Part shown: piece by piece, positions 40,329-53,530 of the stretch
How positions within the stretch are numbered: the stretch's first letter is position 1
Layout of the letters: each line of letters begins with the position of its first letter
Assembly: GCF_009914755.1 (NCBI RefSeq)
Contig: NC_060934.1
DNA from: the human T2T-CHM13v2.0 reference genome, Homo sapiens
Reading direction: 5' to 3' (one strand)
Length of the DNA: 64,000 nucleotides
The notes under the pieces: generated by a model
Seen by the model: the letters and a program-made list of their open reading frames with translations, nothing else
Told to the model about the DNA's origin: nothing
The model's database searches: none
Translations under genes and position numbers: made by a program

Positions 40329-41251
40329 TTTGCTTCACTTTAATCTAAGCAATACCACACATCCACAATGGACAACAGAGGAAGTTGTTCTCTTTCCACT
40401 ACCTGATTGAGAGTGGTAGCTTACTGGCACGGCAGGGCTCTTGTTCTGATTTCATTAGATCTCAAATGGTCTCACTTGGGCTCCAGGAGGGTGGTCAAGA
40501 AGAGTGAAGATCAAAAAGGTTTTTCTCTCCACCACTCTGTCCCAGTGGTACAGAAACACAGGTGCCACTGGCCACCAGCTGTGCAGGGTCTCAGCTCTGC
40601 CAGTGACCTGCTTCCCTAAGCTTTATAAATTCCACTGCTGATCACCTGCTAAAGCTGACCAATTCCACCATCTCCCAGTCAGCCAGCCAGGAGAGTTTAG
40701 GTTCTGCCCGCAAACCAGGACTTCTGGACCTAAGCTGGGAAGGAGGTGGGGGAAGGCAAGAAAGCTATAAAACTCTTCCTCCTGCTTTAAAAAAACAGGA
40801 CATCGCCTTGTGAGAGAAATAGCTAAATATGATCACACTGGGCTTTAAGTGGAAAAAAAGAGTTAAAAAGAAAAAGAATGACAAGAGAAGCCTCTGATCC
40901 GTTCGTTATTCATTCAATAAATACCAACGGCTGTCTCTGTGCTGGGCCAGTGTTGCCCTGGGGAACCCAGCTGTATGTTTTATGGAATAGAATAACACAG
41001 GAGGCAATAGTCCCCCCTAAGCTGGCCCCCATACCTCCCCTCAGCCAGCACCATTCCCAGGATGGATAAACCGAGGCTTAGGGAGAGTCTATGCCTCACC
41101 CAAGATCATACAGGGACTTCAATGTCATCATTAAATGAGATCTAGTGCTCTGAGTTCCCAAGTGGATATCATTTCTTCCCACACCATTCCCACTGCTCAC
41201 CCTACTCAGCAGTCATGAAAAGTCAAGAGAAGCTCATGCCAGGGCGGGACC

Positions 41252-41629
41252 CTCCCCACAGCCACACTCTCCAGCGCTCTGTTTGCATACTCCCTCAGCA
41301 AGACCATCTTCTGTGAGTCCAAGTAAAGGAGTCTGGTGGAGTTGAGCTTGTTGGGGACATAAGCGGGGTTGGAGATGTCAGGGTTCACCTTGAAGTGAGA
41401 GAAGAAGGACATGAAGGAGGTGTGATGGGAGGCATTGGTCTTGTGGCCCACTGGGAAGACACACCAACCCTTGCAGTAATTGATTCGGTAGCTTGATGGG
41501 TGGTGGGAAGACTCAGCCAATGTCCTGGAAGTCCACTTTGTGTCTCACACTCCTCAGCCACCTGGGCTGGCTGGCGGTGATGTCTGGGGCAGCCAGACAC
41601 TGGGGCAGACGCTACAGCCCCAAGGGCAG
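41252..41629 (-). pseudogene. Last exon relic: furin site plus mature TGF-beta cystine-knot domain
   Basis: Acceptor ctctccactgctctgcag|41629; RHHR 41574-41585; C-ET/KVDFQDIG*(TGA 41513-41515)/HPSSYRINYCKGWCVFPVG...NPAYVPNKLNSTRLLYLD...VLLREY...E/CGC (41258-41266). Confidence 0.92.
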
Positions 41630-41814
41630 CTGCAGAGCAGTGGAGAGCATCAGAGGGGGCTCAGTATGACCATCCCCATTTGACCCTGCCCTGCACCCCA
41701 GCTCCCTTTGCCTGTGCCCCAGCCCTTGCACACCACTTCTGGCCTCACAGGCAAAGCTTTACTGGCCAACCAAGAACCACTTCTGCCTTCCAGGTGGTCC
41801 TACCTTTTCCTTAC

Positions 41815-41870
41815 CTCGTGGCCACGAGTAACACAACCAGGAGCCAGGCACTGAGCTGTGTGCTTCCCCG
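41815..41870 (-). pseudogene. Prodomain exon 3' end relic (LLVV/T motif)
   Basis: CTC CTG GTT GTG TT ACT resembles the prodomain PxLVxFT motif and ends at a strong donor GAG|GTAAGG. Confidence 0.5.
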
Positions 41871-41899
41871 TGTTAACTCTGCACCAGGTGCCAAATGGA

Positions 41900-42070
41900 T
41901 GGGAGCTAAACAGGATGCCTGCAGCCACACTGCCTGGATTCAAACTCTGGCTCAGGCTCTTACCAGCTGAGTGGCCTTTTTGTGCCTTCGTTTTCCTAGC
42001 TGTATAATAGTAATAATAATGGTATAAATCTCCTAGGCCTGCTGAGAACATTAAATTCATATGACTTGGT
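41900..42070 (+). mobile_element. MIR-like SINE
   Basis: gcagccacactgcctggattcaaactctggctc head and gtgccttcgttttcctagctgtataat core. Confidence 0.65.
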
Positions 42071-42119
42071 ATAAATGACAATTGATTCAGCTCCACATGA
42101 GAGGAACCAAATTGACCCC

Positions 42120-42343
42120 AGCTTAGGCCTCAAGTGATTCTCCCACCTAGCCTCCCAAGTAGCTAGGACTACAGGTGTGCAACACTACATCTAGCTCATC
42201 TTTTTTTTTTTTTTTTTTTTTTGGTAGAGACGGGGTCTTGCTGTGTTGCCAAGCTAATCTCAAACTCCTGGGTTCAAGCCATCCACCTGCCTCAGCCTCC
42301 CACGGTGCTGGGCTTACAGGGCATAAGACACTGAGCCCAGCCT
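42120..42343 (-). mobile_element. Partial AluJ-like element
   Basis: Reverse Alu: cctcccaagtagctaggactacagg, T-run linker, ggtagagacggggtcttgc, ctgagcccagcc. Confidence 0.85.
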
Positions 42344-42344
42344 A

Positions 42345-42592
42345 ATACCATATTTTTACTGCACCTCTTCTATGTTTAGATACGGTTAGAGACACAGATA
42401 TTTACCATTGTGTTACAATCACCTGCTCTACTCAGGACAGTAAAAGCCTGTACAAGTGTGTAGCCTGGGTGTGTAGTAGGCTATATCATCTAGGTCTGTG
42501 TAAGTACACTCTATGATGTTCACACAACAACAAAATCACCTAATGATGCATTTCTCAGAATGTATCCCCATCATTAATCAACACATGACCGT
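42345..42592. mobile_element. Tigger3/MER7-like DNA transposon fragment
   Basis: gtgtgtagtaggctatatcatctaggtctgtgtaagtacactctatgatgttcacacaac...cacatgaccgta. Confidence 0.75.
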
Positions 42593-43199
42593 ACCCACCA
42601 ATTCCCTTTCAGACAAACTGAATGAGCAAGTCATTGCTTCCAAGCCAGTGCACATTTGCAATGGAAAGACAACCCCAATAAACATTTTATCTTTGAATAT
42701 TAGCAATAGAAAAAATCTTCAATTTTGTGCAGTCTGACATCCCATACCCCAAAGTAGGAACCCAGAGAACAATGTCCCTGATTGCCATTATAGATTTGAG
42801 TTCCTAGAGCACCAAGGTGCCCCGCCTCATTGATTGGCATTTTGTGCCTCGGTTTCCCCATCTGTATAATAGCAGTAATACTGGTAAACCTCACAGGCTT
42901 GCTGAGAGTATTAAACTCATATGCCTTGGCATGGATGAGCTACTTCTCATAGCCCAAGGCAATATTCACAAGGTTGGGCATTCAGTGGTTTGTGAGGATG
43001 CCAAAGGGCCCATTGGTGTTCAGACCCAAGTCCAGCACGATGTGGCCCAGGTTTTCTTGATTTTACTCATTCATATTCTCTAATTTCAGCCACATTCCAT
43101 CTTTGTATCTAAGATCTACTATTGACTTCACATTTTTCTGTCAATTGCCTCACTTTGGTAACCAAAAGTGTAATTTAAATGGACACTTGGTAGCACTAT

Positions 43200-44625
43200 G
43201 ATAAACTCAGTATTCTTATGCACACAAGGATCAATATAAAATAAACACATCGTACAAATGATACTCCAATAGCAACGTGCACAAAAAGGGCTCACTGGCT
43301 TCTAAATAATATTCCCCACTGCAACAGGGGCCAGGCTTGCAAATGTTACATAAGTTTGAAATTATTTCAGAATGAAGAGTTTAAAATCGGGAGGAGGGAG
43401 GAAGGGAGGGAAGGACAGGACTTCTCAGAAGGAGGTCTGATTCCAGCCAGGATACGGAATGTACACAAGGAGCTGTGCCAGGAGGTGAGGACATGGCCAA
43501 AGGCAATGGGAGCCTGTCAAAAGGCCACCAGCACTATCTCACAGCAGCTCCTGGCCAAGACTAGGAATATTTGAGCATCAAAATAAATGATGAGGCTAAT
43601 GGATTATAATCTAGTGAATAAAACAAAATTCCATGAGTCCATTCTGATGGAAATAAATAAGGAGGAGCAGCTCTTCCTTCCAGTAAATGCCGATAATAAA
43701 TGTAGGAGTGACAGAGTCAGAAAATCCTTTGGCAGCCCTCATAGTAATAATGCATTCAGGCAAAACTCATCAATGAGGTTAAAACACTGGGCAAAAGTTG
43801 GATGAGGAATAGGATACTTGCATAATCTCAGAAAGATGTCCCCACAAATTACTTACTGAGCTCAAAGGCGTTAAAATTAGCTTACATTCGCAGGGCCTGG
43901 AGTCGACCACCCTACCCAGGGATTTCGGGACAGATGTGCCCCTCCTGATGTGATCGGCTACAGATGCTTCACCCAGAGCATGAGGAAACATCAGGCAGAC
44001 CCAAACCAAGAGACATTCTGTGAACTCCAAATTGTGAATGTCATGAAGGCTGAGGAAGGGCGGGGGACTATCCCAGCTGCAGGAGACTAAAGGGGTAGAT
44101 GACCGAATGCAGCATGGGAGCCTGGACAGGCAGGCAGGAGAGCTGCTAAGGACAGTGTGGGAAGAGCTGGCAAAGTGTGAATGTGGATCAGTGTTGTGTC
44201 AATGTGAAGTTTCCTGGTTTTGATAACTGTACTGCGATTCTCTAAGAGATCGCCCTTGTGCCTTGGAAAAACACTGAAATATTTAGGCGCAAAGGGGCAT
44301 GATACCTGCAACTTACTCTCAAACGTTTGGGGAAAAAAAAATGTGTACTTGTGTATGCATGCGTGCATGTATATGTGTCTGGAGAGAGAGAGAGGAGAGG
44401 AGAAGAAAGACAGAAGAGGAGAAGGGGAGGAGAGGGAGAAAGAGAGGAGAGGAGAGATGAGGAAAGAAGGGGAAGGGAGAGGGGAGAGAATACAAATGGT
44501 AAAATAAATGGAACAAAAACATAAACAGTTGGTGAATTTGGATCAAAAGCTCATGGGAGTTATCTGCCACTCTCATAGCTTTTCCGTAAGTTTGAAGTTA
44601 TTTCTAAATAGAAACATCTTTAAAG
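43200..44625 (+). mobile_element. Old L1M (L1MC/MD-like) 3' fragments with internal GA-rich tract (44382-44490)
   Basis: L1M 3' ends at about 43385 and 44625 (taagtttgaa(a/g)ttattt), gaaaaacactgaaatatttagg...gcatgatacctgcaacttactctcaa. Confidence 0.65.
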
Positions 44626-44725
44626 TGAAAGGTATTTGACCGTGTGCTGATCCAGATGCTCTGCTTTGGGCACCACCAAAAGAGTGACAAAGGGATGTGG
44701 CTGACAGCTCCCAGCCCCCCAGCAC
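44626..44725 (-). pseudogene. Possible 5' half of a prodomain exon (VLGGWELSATS/FVTLLVVPKAEHLDQHTVKYLS)
   Basis: Weak acceptor cacag|GTG; spacing W...D...V-K-Y-x-S resembles the ADMP W...D...I-R-F-A-S segment; abuts the L1M end. Confidence 0.3.
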
Positions 44726-44930
44726 CTGTGTGTGAGGTATCTGGGAGTCCTCCCAACCGTGATCTCCCCACACCTGTAAATGAGCCAGATAGGCTGGAGG
44801 AGACTCCTCTGAAATGAGGCATACAGAAGCACCAGGAGTGGTGTCTGGTAGGTCCTGGGTGCTCCATGACACTGCTCCCCTCACCCCTGGACCCCTCTAG
44901 TCCAGAAGGTCCAGACCCTCACTGTCTTAC

Positions 44931-45045
44931 ATCTGGGTGACATCAAAAGTTAGCCAGCTTTGGGAGGCCAGAGGCATGCTTCTGGCCAAGAGGAGGCTCC
45001 CTCCTTCTGACTCTGGGGTAGATCCAAGGAATTTGTGGATTTTAC
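44931..45045 (-). pseudogene. Prodomain exon relic (V/IHKFLGSTPESEGGSLLLARSMPLASQSWLTFDVTQ)
   Basis: Acceptor gtgtccccag|GTA, donor |GTAAGA at 44930; LL..R......W..FDVT is the conserved TGF-beta prodomain motif. Confidence 0.8.
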
Positions 45046-46332
45046 CTGGGGACACAGCACTCCTGCCATGAGCATAGCCCTCACTCCCAAAAGAGAAGAA
45101 GAAAAGCTACACATCGTGCCCTTGAGAAATAAGACACAGGTGCAAGAAAAGCTTGCTGTCATGCAAGCAGGGAGGTGGAAGGTGAACGGCCTCTGACCTG
45201 GGAAGTCTTGCAAGAAACTGATGTAAAATGAGAGGGGAGAAAGATTTCATGCATGGAAATGTCCAGAGGGGTTATTTATAACAGAAGAAGCTGGGAAATT
45301 GATGTTAAGTAAATTAGGATACACCCACTTGATACAATATTATGTGATCCGAAGAACTCTTCAAAGGGGAAAATGATTGGATTAAGACATCAAATGAAAA
45401 TATACAGATAGATAAACTATAATCTACCATGAAAAACTATAAGAAAAAAGACTGGAAGGAAATAGATCTAGATGTTAATTACAGTCGCTCCTGAGTGGTG
45501 CGATCATGGGTGTCTTACTTGCCTCTCCTTTGGACTTTTTGTAGTTCCCATGGGTTATGTTACCTTGTTGCCTGTGGAATAAAATCCAACTGCCTTGTTC
45601 CCATTCCTGGCCTTCTGTGATGAGCCCTGGCTCATCACTCATTCCAGCAGTGCCCTCCTTGCCCATGCTCTCCTCCTCCTAGAGTCCCTCCTGGGCCTAG
45701 CAAAGTCTGTGCAGCTCTCAAGGCCAGCTCAGACGACAGGAGCGTTTCTGGGGACAACGCTGGCCTCCAGTGTTGCCCCACTGATGAGTGTGGAAGAGTG
45801 AGTGTAGTGCCGTTTCGGATACCTGCCTCCTAGGCATCCAGCTCTGTCCCTTAAGACCCTCCCCAAAACGGGCATTCTCCCTGCCTCTCCATGGCTCCTG
45901 GAGAGCCTGTCTCTCCACCTTGTCTCCCCAGATCAGGGCCTTTGAGAACAGAGCCCTTACCTGACTTACCCTTAGAAATAAACAAGAAACAAGCAGTAAA
46001 GGAGTGAGGGGAACAGGGAGAGGAAAGGAGTTGGGGCTTGCTAGATCACCCGGAAACACAGAGCACCCACCCTGTGCCACCTGCATGCTGGCTGCTGGGA
46101 CGCCCACCCCGGCTCCTTCAGAAACAGCCCTGGAGCCAGAGCTGCTGCCCTCGTGGCTTCTCCCCCACAGGCCACCCCCAGGCCAGGCTTGAGGCCAGGA
46201 AACTGGCTTGCAGGGAGCCCAGGGGAAATGCATCTGGACGGGTCAAAGCCGGCTGTCCTCCCCAGGAGCGCTCCCTCCAGCGTGGACTCGCAGACTGCCT
46301 CCCGGCACCGCACCACACCACAGGCCTCTCAC

Positions 46333-46447
46333 CTGTGCTAATGCTAGGCTTTGTCTCAGGAAGTAGTCTCCTGCGGATGCCAGAGCTTGAACATGTGGAG
46401 CTGAGCTTGGCTGTCAGAACCTTCTCCAGCTTGGCCCAGGGGAGACC
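46333..46447 (-). pseudogene. Prodomain exon relic (AKLEKVLTAKL/HMFKL)
   Basis: CTAAC branch point 46476-46480, acceptor cccttttcctccag, donor CAG|GTGAGA; 5-nt AGCTC duplication frameshift; matches EKILTAELHLFKL of ADMP as recalled. Confidence 0.85.
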
Positions 46448-46714
46448 CTGGAGGAAAAGGGCGGCTGTCGGTGCTGTTAGGAGCCCGCGGCCCCTAGCAC
46501 TCGCCCTTGGGCGGGGTTGGGAATAAGGGTAAGGCCGGGGAGGCTGGGTCCGAGGAACAAAAGCGTTAGGTCCGGGGTGGCGCTCCTGCCCTCCAGTAAG
46601 GGGGCCTCACTCCTGCTCCCCTTCTCCCAGTCTGTTTCCCTCTCCCCTCCCCGACACGCCCCCACCTCCAGACCCACCCTCCATCTCCCCCCCACCCACC
46701 AGGCAGCCCAGCAC

Positions 46715-46987
46715 CCTCTCCCCCTGGAGGCACCACACGTGTTGCCTGTGGCAGCGTTGGTCCTTGGTGACCCCGCTGGAGTCGGCACCCTTCTGGAAGG
46801 GGTCCCGCATGCAGCCAAGTGTGGGTGGGGGAACACATGGGCGTGCCCCTCCAGGGCAACAGGTGTTCCATCTCCAACACCAGCTGCTTCTCCTTCTCGG
46901 CCTCGTACCTGGCCACCAGTGCCCCCAGGCCCAGGAGCAGAGGACCAGGCTGGCCCAGCTCGCCACAGGCAGCAACTGCAGGGCAAC
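46715..46987 (-). pseudogene. First exon relic: signal-like peptide and N-terminal prodomain (CMRDPFQKGADSSGVTKD/NAATGNT/V)
   Basis: Hydrophobic VALQLLPVASWASLVLCS without ATG; YMxDL-like motif at 46810, ADxxGVTKD and GNTV with the spacing of ADMP; exon ends approximate. Confidence 0.75.
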
Positions 46988-48629
46988 GGCTCCCGCCCTG
47001 GGGGTGGGGGTGGTGACCAAGGGCTGGGTAGGTCTGGCCCCACCCTCCCTGGAAAGGAGGCCTCCTGAGGGGACAGAGTGGGTACCCTCTGTGCCCAGGA
47101 CCATACTTGTGTTTGGGCCTCAGTTTCCCCATCTGCAAAGAGCTCCTGAAACCCCCATAGAGGGTACCCGGAGGACACTCTGAGGTTGTAAGTGGAGCAC
47201 CAGCAAAGCACAGGCACCAAATATTAACTACTTTAATGATTTCACACTAGATACCTAAAGAAAAAAATCTCAACTCCAGAAGTGCATGGGAGGAAAATCT
47301 GTGCTTCTAGGGCCCTCCTGTGCTTGCATTTGGTATTGTTTGTATTTGGAAGTGAATTGTAGGGAAGGGCATTTTACCGCTTCAGGGTTTGGGGGCTCCA
47401 AAGGCCCTTACAGAATTCTCATCTGCTTCTCATGCCCTCATGGGGGCAAGAGTGGATCCCCAATATAGATCCCTCCCAGGGCAGAATGTGGGCCCCAGGG
47501 GCATTCCTCAGCCCAGACTGCAGGCCACAAGCCCGGGCTTCTGCCCTGCCTCAGCACCCATAGCTGAGGGCAAATTACGTTGCTTTGCCCTGCCTCAGTT
47601 TCTCCATTTGCAGTCAGGGATGAACACTTCATGCGCAGGACTGCAATGAGTAATAAATCAAATGAGGGTGTGAGCCTACCCAGCTCACAACAACCACTGC
47701 TGGACAAAACCCAGCTCTGCCCACCTCATAGTTTTTTCAAATTCCTGACTAGGCTTAAAAAAGACTGGTCAATCTGGTTGGACCCCAACATTTTTAAAGC
47801 CAGAAGTCTGAGAATCTTTCAGGGGAAGTATGGGAGCAATGCTGTGGGTGTTGCACTAACTCTGTTCAGTAAAAAGAACTGGGCTTGGAGTGACAGAGAC
47901 CTAACTTCCCGTTCTGCCCCTGCCGGGGATGTGTGCAAACCCAGGCATGCTGTTTGAACTCAGCTTTGTCATCTACAAACAGGAATAACAACATTCCTGC
48001 CAAGGGCTGTGGGGAAGATCAGGGATCAAGATCACTCCACTTACCGGCTCTGTGGGAGGCTTGGTGCTGGCTGAGGTGTGTCAGTGACTGCCACGGGCTG
48101 CACCCCTCACTGTTGCCTGAAGTCACCCAAGGTCGCCCAAGGTCAGTGGGAAATATCCAGGGATGACGGTGGATCCTGGGAGCGCCTCACAACAGCTACC
48201 TTCGGCACAGCACGACTTTGGAAGGCCTAAAGTTTGAACCAAAAATGGAGCCCCTGCCGCTCTCCCCATATGGGATTCAAATTGAAAAGCTACAAGGTAA
48301 AATAAGAGAAGCCACAGGTGCAGAGTTTTCTTCCTGGGGGCAAGCCTGTTACTTTTCTTTTTTTTTTTTTATTGTAAATATACTTGTTTTTATTTTTTAT
48401 TTATTTATTTATTTTTTTATTATACTTTAAGTTCTAGGGTACATGTGCACAAAGTGCAGGTTTGTTGCATATGTATACATGTGCCATATTGGTGTGATGC
48501 ACCCATTAACTCATCATTTACATTAGGTATATCTCCTAATGCTATCCCTCCCCTCTCCCTCCACCCCACAACAGGCCCCGGTGTGTGCTGTCCCCCTTCC
48601 TGTGTCCAAGTGTTCTCATTGTTCAATTC

Positions 48630-52450
<3,821 letters not shown>

Positions 52451-52513
52451 TATGATGTTAGCTGGTTATTTTGCTCATTAGTTGGTGCAGTTTCTTCCTA
52501 GCCTCGACGGTCT

Positions 52514-53530
52514 TTACAATTTGGCATGTTTTTGCAGTGGCTGGTAACGGTTGTTCCTTTCCATGTTTAGTGCTTCCTTCAGGAGCTCTTGTAGGACAGG
52601 CCTGGTGGTGACAAAATCTCTCAGCATTTGCTTGTCTGTAAAGTATTTTATTTCTTCTTTACTTATGAAGCTTAGTTTGGCTGGATATGAAATTCTGGGT
52701 TGAAAATTCTTTTCTTTAAGTATGCTGAATATTGGCCCCCACTCTCTTCTGGCTTGTAGAGTTTCTGTCGAGAGATCAGCTGTTAGTCTGATGGGCTTCC
52801 CTTTGTGGGTAACCCGAGCTTTCTCTCTGGCTGCCCTTAACATTTTTTCCTTCATTTCAACTTTGATGAATCTGACAATTATGTGTCTTGGAGTTGCTCT
52901 TCTCGAGGAGTATCTCTGTGGCATTCTCTGTATTTCCTGAATTTGAATGTTGGCCTGCCTTGCTAGGTTGGGAAAGTTCTTCTGGATAATATCCTGCAGA
53001 GTGTTTTCCAACTTGCTTCCATTCTCGCCATCACTTTCGAGTACACCAATCAGATGTAGATTTGGTCTTTTCACATAGTCCCATATTTCTTGGAGCCTTC
53101 GTTCGTTTCTTTTTATTCTTTTTTCTCTAAACTTGTCTTCTTGCTTCATTTCATTCATTTGATCTGTCATCACTGATACCCTTTCTTACAGTTGATCGAA
53201 TCAGCTACTGAAGCTTGTGCATTCATCACGTAGTTCTCGTGCCATGGTTTTCAGCTCCATCAGGTCCTTTAAGGACTTCTCTGCATTGGTTATTCTAGTT
53301 AGCCATTCGTCTAACCTTTTTTCAAGGTTTGTAACTTCTTTGCTATGGGTTCGAACTTCCTCCTTTAGCTCAGAGAAGTTTGATCGTCTGGAGCCTTCCT
53401 CTCTCAACTTGTGAAAGTCATTGTCCATCCAGCTTTGTTCCGTTGCTGGTGAGGAGCTGCGTTCCTTTGGAGGAGGAGAGGCGCTCTGATTTTTAGAATT
53501 TTCAGTTTTTCTGCTCTGTTTTTTCCCCAT
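52514..53530 (-). pseudogene. L1 ORF1, disrupted by two in-frame stops
   Basis: MGKKQSRK at 53530; TGA 53201-53203 and TAA 53186-53188; same frame continues to ...QKHAKL*. Confidence 0.93.

Larger units (their letters stand above)
41252..46987 (-). pseudogene. Unprocessed TGF-beta/BMP-family pseudogene, ADMP-like (whole locus, about 5 exons)
   Basis: Collinear signal/prodomain/furin/cystine-knot fragments on one strand in the correct order, bounded by residual AG/GT splice sites, with multiple frameshifts and stops. Confidence 0.85.

Noticed and set aside
36600-41200. Searched for a Pinhead-like neighbour gene or a poly(A) signal downstream of the ADMP-like relic
   Set aside because: No cysteine-rich exon relic or proximal AATAAA recognisable by eye; needs a tBLASTn search.
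41206-41520. 104-aa ORF as an intact functional BMP gene
   Set aside because: TTG start, lacks Cys1, Cys5 and in-frame CGC; upstream stop and frameshifts make it a pseudo-exon.
42900-43140. NLGHIV-containing frame as the missing prodomain exon
   Set aside because: W-to-NLG spacing is wrong, codon usage is AT-rich unlike the other exons, and there are no splice sites.
46590-46610. ccagtaagggggcc as a CTCF site
   Set aside because: Extra base disrupts core spacing.
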